From NCBI GenBank assembly GCA_963675295.2, contig CAXXKJ010000002.1, forward strand, positions 416,001 to 480,000: a stretch of DNA of 64,000 nt. Direction: 5' to 3'. The notes beneath the pieces were generated by a model that saw nothing but the letters and a program-made list of their open reading frames with translations, was not told where the DNA came from and did no database searches. Shown here piece after piece: positions 18,134 through 30,796 of this stretch; the first letter of the stretch is position 1, and each line of letters opens with the position of its first letter. This stretch comes from a bacterium. GTDB taxonomy: Bacteria > Electryoneota > Electryoneia > Electryoneales > Electryoneaceae. A program made the translations under genes and the position numbers.

Positions 18134-20749
18134 ATGAACAGAAGCGGGCGTGTGACAGGCATCGCGTTGGTGCTGCTGCTGGTGGTTGCGGCGGTAGGAT
18201 CGGCGGAGACGGTGAACGTGGACCAGTGGCTGCTCGCGGGTCCGGTGACGATTCCTTATGCGGATGCCGACGAGGGGCTGGACGTTGACCCGGTGGCTGG
18301 ATTGCTGGAAACTCTGCCGATTAACCCGTTCGAGTTCTGGCCGGCAGATGGCGATCCGGTGCTGCTCGGTGTCGGGCAGGAAGTCACGTTCGGCGCGTCG
18401 GACGGCATGATCCCGGTCGGTGACGACGGCAACGGCACCCGTTTCGCGCTGCTCGCGACGTATCTCAGTTCGCCGGCGTGGCAGGAGGGCAAGCTGAGCG
18501 TGGTCACGCAGTCGCCGTTCGCGTTGTTCATCGACGGCGAGTCGGCCAAATCGCGCACCGAGTTCAAGGATGAAGCAGACACGACCAAGCACAAGTTTGT
18601 GTTGGATCAGGGGCACCACCGTGTGCTGTTGGCGGTGGCGTTGTCCGACACCCAGGCGGTAGACAGTTGGGGGGTGCAGGTAACGTACATGATGGGTGAG
18701 GACACGCCTGCCGAGTGGGCACCGTCGGTGACGGTTGATCCGGAACACCCGTATGATATCATCGACTATTTCCGCAGCGACAATGTCAGCGCGCTGGCGA
18801 TCAGCCCGGACGGACGCTGGTTGGCTGCGGACATCAGCCGTCGCAGCCGCAAGGATGATGCGGTGACGGACAAGCTGGAAGTGTGGGACACGAAGGACGA
18901 GGAGCTGGTGTGGACGTACACGGCCTCGAAGGGCGTATCGAATGTGGCGTGGGCACCGGCCAGCGACCGTCTCCTGTTCAAGTCCGGCGACCGGTTCTTC
19001 CTCTGGCATCGTGAGACGAACGAAGTCCAGCGGATTGACACCGAGTTTGAGGACGCGGGCCAGTTCAAGTGGTCGGCGGACGGCCTCGGCCTGTTCTACA
19101 TGAAGACGCTGGAAAACGAGAACGAGGAAGATTACCAGGTGGTGTGGAAGCTGGCCGACCGTTGGGCGGGCTGGCGGAATCACTATGAGATTCGCTACTA
19201 CGGGATCTCGGACGGGTTGGATACACGTGTCTGTACGATGAAGTACAACCCGGACGCGTGGGATGTCGGCCGTGACGGCAAGACGCTGGCGTTCAAACGC
19301 TCGTTGCCGTTGCGGGATCGTCCGTACGAAATGCTCGAGCTGTTGGTGTACGATCTGGAAGCGGGCGAGCTGAAATCAGTGTACCAGAGCCGGAAGCAGT
19401 CGTGGTCGACGGCGCTGGCGTTGAGCCCGGACGGCAGCAAGATCGCGTTCACCGCGCCGGTGGGTGAGGTGTCGGGTGACGATTCTCCGCCGCCATACTA
19501 CAACACCGGCCATCAGCGGTTGTGGATCCTGGACATTGCAAGCGGTGAGACCGAGGTGGTCGATCCGGAGTTCAAACCGTCAATTCACTACATGCTGTAC
19601 CGGACGTCCCGGGACAATGAATTCGTGTGGACAGACGACAACGAAGTCGCGTTCTCGTCGATATACATGAAGAAGGTGCTGTACTGCACATGGTCGCCGG
19701 GAGATGAGCAGATCAACGCGCAGCGTGTTTCCACGCCGGGCTTCTCGAATCTGACGATTGCGACCGGCGAAGGCACGGACATGATCGCCTACCGTGGCGA
19801 CGTGGTGGACGATCTGTGGGATGTGCACACGTGGAACAGCAAGCGTGAAAAGGGCGGTGTGCTGATCGACCTGAATCAGGAATCGACGCGTTTGACGATT
19901 CCGGTTCCGCGGGTTGAGGATTATGACTACGTCAACAGTGACGGTGTCACGGTCTACGGCTACCTGTACTACCCGCGCGACTACGACGAGTCGCAGAGCT
20001 ACCCGATGCTGGTGGAAACGTACGGTGGTGTAATCGGGTACGGCGACAGCTGGCAGTTCCTGATTGAATTGTTCGCCAACCGAGGGTATTTCGTCTACGT
20101 GCCGGTGCCGCGTGGCGCCGTCGGATACGGACAGGCATACGCCGACACGCACGCGAACGACTGGGGCATTCTGACCAGCCGTGACATGAACGAAGGTGTC
20201 CGGCATATCGTGGCGAATGTGCCGGGTGTTGACGGTGCCCGGGTCGGGTTTGCGTCGGGCTCGTACGGCGGTTTCCTCGCAATGTACCTGCTGTCGATGG
20301 ACAAGGACGATCCCGATTATTACCCGTACGCGACGGCGGTCAGCAATTACGGCATCAGCAACCTGGTGAGCTACTGGGGTGTTGGCTGGTGGGGTGTGCA
20401 CTACAGCGAAAAGGCGAGCACCGGATCGTACCCGTGGAACGCGACGCAGTGGTACAACGACCAGTCGCCGGTGTACCAGGCGGACAACATCACGGTGCCG
20501 CTCCTGTTGCTGCACGGCGAGGCGGACACGAATGTGCCGGTGGGTGAGAGCGCGCAGATGTTCGCGGCGCTGGAAACGCTTGGCCGGGATGTGGTGTACA
20601 TCAAGTGGCCGGGTGAAAACCACGGCATCGCGAGCACGCGGACGAAGTACCTCGAAACCAAGCGTATGCATATCGAGTGGTTTGACAAGTACTTGCGTGA
20701 CCAGCCGGGTGCGTGGGACAAGCGGATGGAAAACGAGTTTGATAAGTAA
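18134..20749 (+). CDS. Secreted S9-family peptidase (acylaminoacyl/dipeptidyl peptidase-like)
   Basis: Signal peptide, SPDG propeller repeats, SGSYGG nucleophile, LLLHGEADTNV, GENHG. Confidence 0.92.
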   Translation: MNRSGRVTGIALVLLLVVAAVGSAETVNVDQWLLAGPVTIPYADADEGLDVDPVAGLLETLPINPFEFWPADGDPVLLGVGQEVTFGASDGMIPVGDDGNGTRFALLATYLSSPAWQEGKLSVVTQSPFALFIDGESAKSRTEFKDEADTTKHKFVLDQGHHRVLLAVALSDTQAVDSWGVQVTYMMGEDTPAEWAPSVTVDPEHPYDIIDYFRSDNVSALAISPDGRWLAADISRRSRKDDAVTDKLEVWDTKDEELVWTYTASKGVSNVAWAPASDRLLFKSGDRFFLWHRETNEVQRIDTEFEDAGQFKWSADGLGLFYMKTLENENEEDYQVVWKLADRWAGWRNHYEIRYYGISDGLDTRVCTMKYNPDAWDVGRDGKTLAFKRSLPLRDRPYEMLELLVYDLEAGELKSVYQSRKQSWSTALALSPDGSKIAFTAPVGEVSGDDSPPPYYNTGHQRLWILDIASGETEVVDPEFKPSIHYMLYRTSRDNEFVWTDDNEVAFSSIYMKKVLYCTWSPGDEQINAQRVSTPGFSNLTIATGEGTDMIAYRGDVVDDLWDVHTWNSKREKGGVLIDLNQESTRLTIPVPRVEDYDYVNSDGVTVYGYLYYPRDYDESQSYPMLVETYGGVIGYGDSWQFLIELFANRGYFVYVPVPRGAVGYGQAYADTHANDWGILTSRDMNEGVRHIVANVPGVDGARVGFASGSYGGFLAMYLLSMDKDDPDYYPYATAVSNYGISNLVSYWGVGWWGVHYSEKASTGSYPWNATQWYNDQSPVYQADNITVPLLLLHGEADTNVPVGESAQMFAALETLGRDVVYIKWPGENHGIASTRTKYLETKRMHIEWFDKYLRDQPGAWDKRMENEFDK

Positions 20750-20861
20750 AAGGAAGTCGGTAGTACAACGTCCGAAGTCGAAAGTCACCAACTGTGCTGA
20801 CTGACGAGAGACGAAGGACGAAAGACGCGAGACGAACCCAACCGACCAGGAATCGGCGACG

Positions 20862-21650
20862 ATGAAATGGCTGCGTGACGGCTACACACTGGAAGATGTC
20901 TACAGCAAGGTGAAGGCGGCGAAGGATCGTGTGCTGCTGACGGATTACGACGGCACGCTGGCGCCATTCGTGTACGAGCGCGGGCGAGCGAAACCGTACC
21001 CCGAGGTGATGGAGGTGCTGAACGAGATTGCGAAGGCGGATCGCAGCCGTGTGATCGTGATCTCTGGCCGGTCGATCCAGGGGTTGAGCCGTCTGTTCAA
21101 GCTGGATGTGCCGGTAGAGATGTGGGGCACGCACGGCTGGGAACGTCAGAACGAGGAAGGTGAACGGACCACGTGGCCGATCTCGGACGAAGCCCGGGAA
21201 GCGTTGTACGAAGTCATCAACTGGGCGGAAAACGAGGAGTTTTCCAGTCATCTCGAGGTGAAGCCGGCGAGTGTCGCGTTGCATTGGCGTGGCACCGACG
21301 CGCACATGCGCGAGCACCTGATGGACCGTTCGGCAAAGATCATGGGATCGTTGGCGGAGAAAACCGGTCTCGAGCTGCACGAGTTCGACGGCGGGCGGGA
21401 ACTGCGTGTCCCCGGACGGAACAAGGGGTTGGCGGTTGATCGCATCCTGCAGGATGTCGACAAAAGCACCTACCTCACCTATCTCGGCGATGACAAGACG
21501 GACGAGGACGCGTTCGAGGTGATCGGGACCAGGGGGTTGCGGGTGCTGGTGCGGAACGAGGCGCGGGAGACGAAGGCGGATTTGTTGTTACGTCCACCGC
21601 GTGAACTGATGCGTTTCCTCGAAGGGTGGCTGAGCGCGTTACGGGGGTAG
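20862..21650 (+). CDS. otsB: Trehalose-6-phosphate phosphatase
   Basis: HAD motif DYDGTL, ISGR, GTHG, NKG, GDDKTDEDAF. Confidence 0.93.
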   Translation: MKWLRDGYTLEDVYSKVKAAKDRVLLTDYDGTLAPFVYERGRAKPYPEVMEVLNEIAKADRSRVIVISGRSIQGLSRLFKLDVPVEMWGTHGWERQNEEGERTTWPISDEAREALYEVINWAENEEFSSHLEVKPASVALHWRGTDAHMREHLMDRSAKIMGSLAEKTGLELHEFDGGRELRVPGRNKGLAVDRILQDVDKSTYLTYLGDDKTDEDAFEVIGTRGLRVLVRNEARETKADLLLRPPRELMRFLEGWLSALRG

Positions 21651-21965
21651 GTGAGTCGAGTTGGGAACGGTTGGATAGGTCGCGCCGACAGAGCTTGCGC
21701 GGGCATCCGGGTGTGTCGTGTTTTGATTACCCGCGTTGTCAGAGCCAACACGGGCAAGAACTTTGAAGAACGCGAAAAGTTGGGAAAAACAAAGTGTTAG
21801 GTTCTCGAGAGGCTCGAATTCAATTCAATCAAACGGAACTGTGGTATCACCTGCGTTGTACCTAGTTCGGGAGATCGAACGTCTGGAACCTTCGGACGGT
21901 CTGGTTCGATGAAAGACTCTGTCGTTCTCACGCAACCGTCCCCTTTCAATCAGTGAGGCAGTAGC

Positions 21966-23504
21966 ATGTTAGGCAAACGCCTGGTTGTCGTCTCGAACCG
22001 CTTGCCGGTGGCAGTGGTCAACGACGGGCAGACCAAGACGCTGAAACCGTCTTCCGGTGGACTGGTGACCGCGCTGAATCCGATTCTCGAATCGGAGGGC
22101 GGGTTGTGGATCGGTTGGCCGGGAATGGGTGAGGACGAGGAAATCCGTCCGCTGGCGGAGCAGTACAACCGGGACCACACGTACAAGATCCATCCGATTC
22201 CGTTGACCGAAGCTCAGGTCGATCGATTTTACCTCGGGTTTTCCAACCAGACCATCTGGCCGCTGTTCCACGACTTTCTCGGCACGACGCATTTTGATGT
22301 CGGGCAGTGGGAAGAGTATGACAAGGTCAATCGGATTTACGCGGAACACATCGCGGAAGAAGTCGGCCCGGGCGATTTCATCTGGGTGCATGACTACCAG
22401 TTGATGCGGGTGGCGTATCATCTGCGCAAGCTGGGTGTCGAACAACCGATCGCATATTTTCATCACATCCCGTTCCCCGCGCCGGATTTGTACCGGCGGC
22501 TGCCGTGGGCGCAGCAGATTTTCAACGGGACGATCCAGTACGATTCGATTGGATTTCAGACGTTACGTGACCGGCGCAATTTTGTCGCGTTGGCGCGTGA
22601 GCGGTTACGCAAGACGAACTTCCGGATCCAGCGGCGTCACACGACCTTCACCATCAACAACCGCAAGGTGCATGTCGGGAACTACCCGATCAGCATTGAC
22701 TTCGACGAGTTTGACCGTGGTGCGCGCAGCAACGCGGTGAAGATGGAGATGGAAGTGATTCGGCAGGCGTACCAGGTCGATCACCTGGTGCTTGGACTGG
22801 ACCGGCTGGATTACACCAAGGGCATTCCGCAACGTTTCCTCGCGTTCGAACGGCTGCTGGAAAAATTCCCGGAATTGCAGGGTAAGATCAGCCTGATTCA
22901 GGTGGTGGTGCCGAGCCGGACTCAGGTGAAAACCTATTCGGATCTGAAGGAACAGCTCGACCAGTTGACAGGCCGGATCAACGGGCGTTTCGGTCGGCAT
23001 GGGTATGTCCCAATCCATTACTTCTTCAAGCATTTGAACCGGTCGCAACTGCTTGCGTTGTACAGCAGTTGCGAGATCGCGTTGATCACGCCGTTACGGG
23101 ACGGCATGAACCTGGTCGCGAAGGAATACGCGGCGGCGTCCGGCGATCACAGGAACGTGCTGGTGTTGAGCATGTTCACCGGATCGGCGGATCAGTTGGG
23201 CAAGAGTGCGTTGCTGGTGAACCCGTACGACCTGGAAGGGACCGCGAACACGTTACACCGTGCGTTGCACATGGATCCACGTGAGCGGCGGCGGCGGATG
23301 CGGGATCTGCGGACGCAAATCCGGCGGAACGATGTCCATCGCTGGGTGAAATGGGTGATGGGAGCGTTAACCGGCGTCGAGGTCCAGGATATTGCATCTG
23401 AACTGGAAGGGAAAGGCGAGGCGCCGTACGACCCTGATCCTGAGCTGAGCCCGCATGTGGAATCAGCCCGGCGTGCGCGGGAAGTGCCGAAGAAGCTACT
23501 CTGA
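21966..23504 (+). CDS. otsA: Trehalose-6-phosphate synthase
   Basis: VVVSNRLP, GGLVTAL, WVHDYQL, HIPFP, DRLDYTKGI, RDGMNLVAKEY. Confidence 0.96.
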   Translation: MLGKRLVVVSNRLPVAVVNDGQTKTLKPSSGGLVTALNPILESEGGLWIGWPGMGEDEEIRPLAEQYNRDHTYKIHPIPLTEAQVDRFYLGFSNQTIWPLFHDFLGTTHFDVGQWEEYDKVNRIYAEHIAEEVGPGDFIWVHDYQLMRVAYHLRKLGVEQPIAYFHHIPFPAPDLYRRLPWAQQIFNGTIQYDSIGFQTLRDRRNFVALARERLRKTNFRIQRRHTTFTINNRKVHVGNYPISIDFDEFDRGARSNAVKMEMEVIRQAYQVDHLVLGLDRLDYTKGIPQRFLAFERLLEKFPELQGKISLIQVVVPSRTQVKTYSDLKEQLDQLTGRINGRFGRHGYVPIHYFFKHLNRSQLLALYSSCEIALITPLRDGMNLVAKEYAAASGDHRNVLVLSMFTGSADQLGKSALLVNPYDLEGTANTLHRALHMDPRERRRRMRDLRTQIRRNDVHRWVKWVMGALTGVEVQDIASELEGKGEAPYDPDPELSPHVESARRAREVPKKLL

Positions 23505-23792
23505 CCAACCCTCACTGGCGGGATTCTGCCGCCAGTCGAAGACGGTAAGGATCTGGATTTCGTCAGCAAAGATGGAAAACGTGACGCGATAGTAATCGAC
23601 AATGATATATCGAATTTCTTCAGCGTCGACACGCGGCCTGACAATACCCTGCCACGGTAGTTTTAACAGGTCTTCACAACGCGAGATGATGCGCTGGATG
23701 ACCTCATCAGCGGTTTCTTCCGAAAACTGAGTATAGTACTCCCAGATCGCTGCAAGACTAGCTTCCGAATTCGTTGACCAGGTTAGCCTCAT
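23496..23792 (-). CDS. RelE/ParE-family toxin
   Basis: MRLTWSTNSEASLAAIWEY...YYRVTF...ILTVFDWRQNP; overlaps the antitoxin stop. Confidence 0.85.
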   Translation of the reverse strand: MRLTWSTNSEASLAAIWEYYTQFSEETADEVIQRIISRCEDLLKLPWQGIVRPRVDAEEIRYIIVDYYRVTFSIFADEIQILTVFDWRQNPASEGWSE

Positions 23793-24082
23793 CCTGCATT
23801 CCGGGTTGACTGCTTGCGTTCAGACAAGCGGCGCTTCAGCTCGTCAGTTGAAATCGACCTGCCGGCATTGCCGTCTGCGAGACCTCTCGCAATCGCGGCA
23901 AGTTCCTTGATTTCGCTGTGCAGGCGGTCGTGTGCCTGCGGCGATAACAGTACACCGGCGGATTTGCCGTTCTGGGTGAGCACAATCGGGCCCTGCTCGC
24001 GGAGATACTGTAGGTATTCGCTAGTGCGTGCCTTAAAATCGCTAACGGAAATAATGGCCTGTGCGGACAGTTGGTCGTGCAT
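23789..24082 (-). CDS. Phd/YefM-family antitoxin
   Basis: ISVSDFKAR...PIVLTQNGKSAGVLLS. Confidence 0.88.
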   Translation of the reverse strand: MHDQLSAQAIISVSDFKARTSEYLQYLREQGPIVLTQNGKSAGVLLSPQAHDRLHSEIKELAAIARGLADGNAGRSISTDELKRRLSERKQSTRNAG

Positions 24083-24165
24083 GGTATCCTCCGGATTGAC
24101 GGAATTTTAACGAAATTTAGTCGAAATTTCGTCGATATTCAACCGAAATTCGAACGATATTTCAT

Positions 24166-25065
24166 TTGAACGCACCGATTCCCTACTACGGCGAGCTGCT
24201 CTCGTTCGCCACGGCATTTATCTGGGCGTCCGCCGTCATTTTGTTCAAGAAGAGCGGCGAAACGGTCAGTCCGCTCGGCTTGAATTTGTTCAAGAACGCG
24301 CTGACGTTCGTGCTCCTGATCCCGACGATGCTGGTGCTGGGGGTGTCGTTCTTCCCGGAAGATTTGCCGTTCAGCGTGTACGGACTGGCGATGGTCGGCG
24401 GATTGCTCAGCATCGGGCTGGCGGACACGACATTGTTCCGCAGCTTGAATATGCTCGGTGCGGGCCGTTTCGCGGTGGTGGACTCGTTGTACAGCCCGTC
24501 GATTATCCTGTTCGCGTTTGTGTTTCTCGGCGAACGGCTGACACTGTGGCAATGGATTGGCGTCGGCGCGGTGGTTTCGGCGGTGTTCATTTCCAGCTAC
24601 GAGAAGAATGAGGAGAAGCTGGAACGGCGGCGGTTGATCGAAGGCACGATCTGGGGTGTCAGCAGCGTGTTGTTGATGGCGGCGGGGCTGACGATTATCA
24701 AGCCGGTGCTGGAGTCGAACCATCTGCTGTGGGTGACATTCTGGCGGGTAGTAGGCGGCCTCGGCACGATGTTGCTGATCCTCACGGTACATCCACGCCG
24801 GAAGATCGCGCTGCAATCGTTGATGAAGCGGGAAGGGTGGGGCTACACCTTTTTCGGTTCGTTCCTCGGGGCGTACCTGGTGACGATGGTCTGGCTCGGC
24901 GGGATGAAGTACACGACGTTGTCGATCTCGTCAGCGTTAAATCAAACCGCGACGGTGATCACGTTTCTGCTGGCTGCGTTGCTGTTGAAGGAGCCGATCA
25001 CGCCGCGTCGGACGATCGCGATCGGGATGGCGTTCGCCGGAGCGTTGGCGGTAACGTTCGGGTGA
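24166..25065 (+). CDS. DMT/EamA-family transporter
   Basis: About 10 TM segments; FLGERLT and LLKEPIT repeats. Confidence 0.9.
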   Translation: MNAPIPYYGELLSFATAFIWASAVILFKKSGETVSPLGLNLFKNALTFVLLIPTMLVLGVSFFPEDLPFSVYGLAMVGGLLSIGLADTTLFRSLNMLGAGRFAVVDSLYSPSIILFAFVFLGERLTLWQWIGVGAVVSAVFISSYEKNEEKLERRRLIEGTIWGVSSVLLMAAGLTIIKPVLESNHLLWVTFWRVVGGLGTMLLILTVHPRRKIALQSLMKREGWGYTFFGSFLGAYLVTMVWLGGMKYTTLSISSALNQTATVITFLLAALLLKEPITPRRTIAIGMAFAGALAVTFG

Positions 25066-25191
25066 ACGGAGCGTGTATCGCCACGGATAGACGCAGCATC
25101 AGCATGACACACCTGCCGCCAACCTGCCGAACACTGAATGCTGATCCCTTCGCCGTTTAGCTGACCACTGATTACTGACCACTGTCTTTTC

Positions 25192-25632
25192 TCATCCCAT
25201 CCACGGCCGGTAGAGCATCAGGTAGACCAGCACACCGGTGATGGAGACGAACATCCACACCGGCCACACCCACCGTGCGAGCTTGCGGTGCAGGGTAAAT
25301 TTCTGCCGCAACGCCGCGATGACCAGCACGATGATGAACGGCGTCATCAGGCCCGCGAGGATGACATGCGGGATGAGGATGGTGAAGTACAGCGGCCGGG
25401 TCCAGTCGTGGAACGGGTACGGCACCGACCCGACCTGCGCGTGATAGACGAGATAGCTGATCAGGAATGCAGTGGAGAGGGCCAGCGCGACGACCATCAG
25501 GTTGCGGTGCGCCTGCCAGTTGACACGGTCACGGCGGATACGCAGCCAGCCGAGCAGCAGGAAGACGGCGGCGGAACCGTTGAGGACGGCGTTCAGGGTG
25601 GCGTGTGCGCTGGCGTGTGGAAGTGTTTCCAC
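25192..25632 (-). CDS. DUF420 (CtaM-like) membrane protein
   Basis: LNAVLN, HRNLM, FLISYLVYH, HRKLARW..W.FVSITG; in the oxidase cluster. Confidence 0.88.
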   Translation of the reverse strand: METLPHASAHATLNAVLNGSAAVFLLLGWLRIRRDRVNWQAHRNLMVVALALSTAFLISYLVYHAQVGSVPYPFHDWTRPLYFTILIPHVILAGLMTPFIIVLVIAALRQKFTLHRKLARWVWPVWMFVSITGVLVYLMLYRPWMG

Positions 25633-25634
25633 GG

Positions 25635-26249
25635 TCAGTTGTCCTCACCGTTCATCTGTTCAAGCAACACGACGATCTGATCATGCAGGGCGATCATCGG
25701 CTTTTGTTCGAGCGAATTGTAGTAGCCACGGATCTGGCCGTACGGGTCGACGAGGGCGAATTTGGACGAATGCCCCATCGGCAGGTTGTCCGCCGGCAAC
25801 ATGAAGCCTTTCTCCGAAACGCGCTGTACTTCTTCCATCGGACCGTTGAGGAAATTCCAGCGGTGGTCGGTCACACCGTGCTCGCGGCCGTACTGTTTCA
25901 TCACCTCGGGGGTGTCATGCTGTGGGTTCACGCTGATCGAGACGATCTGAAACTTGTCAGTATCGTCGAAGGCGTTGTATAGCTTCTGCTTTTCGACCAC
26001 CATCACCGGGCAGATGGTCTGGCAGGTGGTGAAAAAGAAGTCGACCACGGTGATTTTGCCGAACAGATCGTCACGTCCGAAGGCGACCGAATCCTGGTTG
26101 ACGAACTCGAAGTCGGGCACAGTGCCGTAAATCGGTAGTTCGGTCTTGGATTTCTCGGCGTTGGTCAGGATGAAGGTGGCGAATACGGCGAGGGTGGCGA
26201 CAACCACCGCGCCGGCCACGATACCACCGATAGCTTTTCCGTCAGACAT
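25635..26249 (-). CDS. SCO-family copper chaperone
   Basis: FFFTTCQTICP, SVNPQHDTPE, HSSKFALVD. Confidence 0.92.
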   Translation of the reverse strand: MSDGKAIGGIVAGAVVVATLAVFATFILTNAEKSKTELPIYGTVPDFEFVNQDSVAFGRDDLFGKITVVDFFFTTCQTICPVMVVEKQKLYNAFDDTDKFQIVSISVNPQHDTPEVMKQYGREHGVTDHRWNFLNGPMEEVQRVSEKGFMLPADNLPMGHSSKFALVDPYGQIRGYYNSLEQKPMIALHDQIVVLLEQMNGEDN

Positions 26250-26261
26250 CAGGGGTCTCCG

Positions 26262-27224
26262 TCATCGTCGTTGGTTTATCTGGTACGATGCGATGGAAGG
26301 CAGGAAGTTGTACTTCACGCAGACGAAAAGAATCAGGAGGCTACCGAGCAGCAGCGCGCTGAGCCAGAGGTGGAACACCTGCAGCAGCGGCATGTAGCCG
26401 TAGATAATCATTGCCAGCCCGACGACGATCTGTCCCATCGCGACGGCGGTGACGCTGACCGCAGCCTGAAAAACGAGGGTGGACGGCTGCTCGGATCGTT
26501 TGATCAGCGTGACGGCGTTGTGCATCACCAGCAGCGCGACGATAACGCCAAGCAGTTGGTGGATGACGCTGATCGGTCCGACGGCGTCGGTCCAGAACGA
26601 ATGCCCGCCGAGCGGTTCCAGTTCACGGATGACCTTGATCGCGCCGCGTAGTTGCGTGCCGAGAATGGTCTGGATCACGGCGAGGATCGAGGTGATGGTG
26701 AGCCAGGTGTTGAGCTTGGTCGGATAGAGCGGGCGGCGCTCGACATACGGATGCCGCAGGAAGCGCAGTTGCAGCGCGGTGTAGAGCAGTGCCAGCGCGA
26801 TGGTCAACGACAGCAGCATGTGGATCGCGACGAGGAATGGTTCCAGCCCGCTGGCGACAACCTGGCCACCCTGCCAGCCAACATAGGCGACGAGGATCAG
26901 CGAGGCGACCGCCGGAATCCAGACACGCGGGAAACGGCGGGCGTCCTTGATCGCAAGGATCGCGGTGATCAGGATGAAAATGCCAACGAGTGCGCCGAGC
27001 ATGCGGTTGCCGTACTCGATCCACGCGAGGGTGAAGTTGAACAGGCTGGGGTCAATGTCTGGCGGAAGTTGCTCGACCGAGGTCGGCGGCAGCCAGCGTC
27101 CGAAACACTTCGGCCAGTCCGGGCAGCCGAGTCCGGCTCCGGAAACGCGGACAAGCCCACCGGTAAAGATGAGCAGAAAGGTTGCGAGGGTGCTGGTCCA
27201 GGCGAAGCCACGCAACGTCTTCAT
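26262..27224 (-). CDS. ctaA: Heme A synthase (COX15/CtaA family)
   Basis: GGLVRVSGAGLGCPDWPKC, EYGNR, conserved TM histidines. Confidence 0.88.
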   Translation of the reverse strand: MKTLRGFAWTSTLATFLLIFTGGLVRVSGAGLGCPDWPKCFGRWLPPTSVEQLPPDIDPSLFNFTLAWIEYGNRMLGALVGIFILITAILAIKDARRFPRVWIPAVASLILVAYVGWQGGQVVASGLEPFLVAIHMLLSLTIALALLYTALQLRFLRHPYVERRPLYPTKLNTWLTITSILAVIQTILGTQLRGAIKVIRELEPLGGHSFWTDAVGPISVIHQLLGVIVALLVMHNAVTLIKRSEQPSTLVFQAAVSVTAVAMGQIVVGLAMIIYGYMPLLQVFHLWLSALLLGSLLILFVCVKYNFLPSIASYQINQRR

Positions 27225-27332
27225 TCTCTTACTCCTGCGACAGTTTGCTCATTATTTCACGAACTATGGTCAAAAAGTGCCGTCCTGATGACGGCAAAGT
27301 AGGGCTCAGGATACGCTGTTTCCACGTCCGGG

Positions 27333-27914
27333 TCAATGCCCGCCGGCTGCGGAGGGTTCATCCCCGGTGGTGGATTCGCCTGCGTGGTCCCCGGTTGCAG
27401 CAGCATCGCCTTCGCCGGTAGCGGCTTCATCAGTGGCAGCTTCACCTGTGACGGCTTCACCTTCGGCGGCGGCGTCATCCATGTGTTCGCTGGCGGCACC
27501 TTCCTCGCCGTGGGACGCGTCGCCGTGTTCGCCATGCGCGTTGGCTTTCAGCGGGGCACCGTCCTCGTTGTAGATCACCGCACGTTGGTTGATCGGACCG
27601 TTGACGTCCTCGTAGATCCGGCCACGGGTTTCAGTGTCGAACATGGTGAAGACGACAAAGGTCGCGAGGAAGACCAGCGAGCCGACAAAGAACGACGCGT
27701 ACAGCTTGTTGTCGTACTTGAGGTGCATGAAGAACAGCGCAACCAGCGACGCTTTCACAGCGGCAACCGCCATCGCGACGATGATGTTCATGCTGCCGAA
27801 GTCATACTGGGCCACCGCCACGGTGATGACGGTGAGGACGAACAACGCGCCCGCGACGCTGTAATAAACGCTCAGCGGCAGGATGTGGTGTTCATGATCG
27901 TGTCCGGAACTCAT
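27333..27914 (-). CDS. coxD: Cytochrome c oxidase subunit IV with an acidic low-complexity tail
   Basis: LFVLTVITV, VKASLVALFFMHLKYD. Confidence 0.88.
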   Translation of the reverse strand: MSSGHDHEHHILPLSVYYSVAGALFVLTVITVAVAQYDFGSMNIIVAMAVAAVKASLVALFFMHLKYDNKLYASFFVGSLVFLATFVVFTMFDTETRGRIYEDVNGPINQRAVIYNEDGAPLKANAHGEHGDASHGEEGAASEHMDDAAAEGEAVTGEAATDEAATGEGDAAATGDHAGESTTGDEPSAAGGH

Positions 27915-27919
27915 GGGCT

Positions 27920-28100
27920 TGTCTCTTGTCTTTCGTCTCTCGTCACCGACAACGACGAGATTCTTCACTTTGTTCAGAATGACGTGCTTTTACAGCTCCA
28001 ATAAGCTGGAGATCCTTCACTTCGTTCAGGATGACGCTCTTGCCAGCTTTCGGCTTTGTACTTACCGACTTTGTACTTCCTGACTTTGTACTTGCCGATT
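27920..28100. repeat. REP-like palindromes and 15-mer repeats inside the cox operon
   Basis: GAGATYCTTCACTTYGTTCAGRATGAC at 27957 and 28009; CTTTGTACTT with 15-bp periodicity. Confidence 0.8.
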
Positions 28101-28113
28101 TGGCACTCCTGTT

Positions 28114-28794
28114 CTAGGCGATCAGGTACAGCAGCGGGAACAGGAAAATCCAGATCAGGTCGACGAGGTGCCAGTACAAGCCGCTGACCTCGACCGGGTT
28201 GTAATACTTCGAATGGAAATGGCCCTTGGCGGTGCGCACGATCAGCCACACGATCACGCCCATGCCGATCAGCACGTGGAGGCCATGCAACCCCGTCATC
28301 ATGAAGTAGATGCTGAAGAACACGTGCGGGTTGACGGTTTCTTCCAGGCCGGTGTAGGTGTAGAACTTGCCGGGCAGCTGGCCGAGATGGAACTTGTGCG
28401 CGTACTCGAAATACTTGACCACCATGAAGGTACCGGCGAGCACGAAGGTCGCGATCAGGTTGTAAAGCGCGACTTTCACCTTGTCCACCTGCAGGTAGCG
28501 GATGGAGAGGGCGAAGGTCAGCGAGCTGGTGATCAGCACGAAAGTGTTGAGCATGCCGAGACGCCAGTCCAGCACCTTGTGGGCGTCATGGAAGGTTTCC
28601 GGATGCCATGTGTGGTAGATCGCGTACGCCGCGAACAGCCCTCCGAAAAAGAGGACCTCGGTCACGAGGAACACCCACATCCCGAACTTGGAGGATTCCC
28701 GTTGTTGTGACGCATCGTAGAAATGATGCTGCACGTAGTCCGGGTGGCTGTGTCCGTGTTCCGCCGTGGCGGCCTGTGCTGCACTGTCGGCCAT
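28114..28794 (-). CDS. coxC: Cytochrome c oxidase subunit III
   Basis: GMWVFLVTEVLFFGGLF, TGLHGLHV, YWHLVDLIW. Confidence 0.95.
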   Translation of the reverse strand: MADSAAQAATAEHGHSHPDYVQHHFYDASQQRESSKFGMWVFLVTEVLFFGGLFAAYAIYHTWHPETFHDAHKVLDWRLGMLNTFVLITSSLTFALSIRYLQVDKVKVALYNLIATFVLAGTFMVVKYFEYAHKFHLGQLPGKFYTYTGLEETVNPHVFFSIYFMMTGLHGLHVLIGMGVIVWLIVRTAKGHFHSKYYNPVEVSGLYWHLVDLIWIFLFPLLYLIA

Positions 28795-28838
28795 CGCCTG
28801 TTCCTTTATGATGGTCGTACTGCTTTGTGTTGTGTTCA

Positions 28839-29064
28839 TGCCCACGACAATGATGTCGGGGGTGATGTCATTCTGAAGGTCTGAAGGACCTGAAGAATCT
28901 CCAGATTAGCGATCTCGGACGACGAGATCCTTCACTTCGTTCAGGATGACACCTTTAGCATCCACGGACTGAAGTCCGTGGTAATTGTATATTTCGAAGC
29001 CCGAAGCCCGAAGCCCGAAGCCCAAAGCCCGAAGCCCGAAGCCCGAAGCCCGAAGCCCGAAGCC
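28839..29064. repeat. REP mosaic plus about 10 copies of CGAAGCC
   Basis: Hairpins at 28839, 28867, 28919 and 28962; heptamers at 28994-29064. Confidence 0.9.
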
Positions 29065-29068
29065 CATC

Positions 29069-30788
<1,720 letters not shown>

Positions 30789-30796
<8 letters not shown>
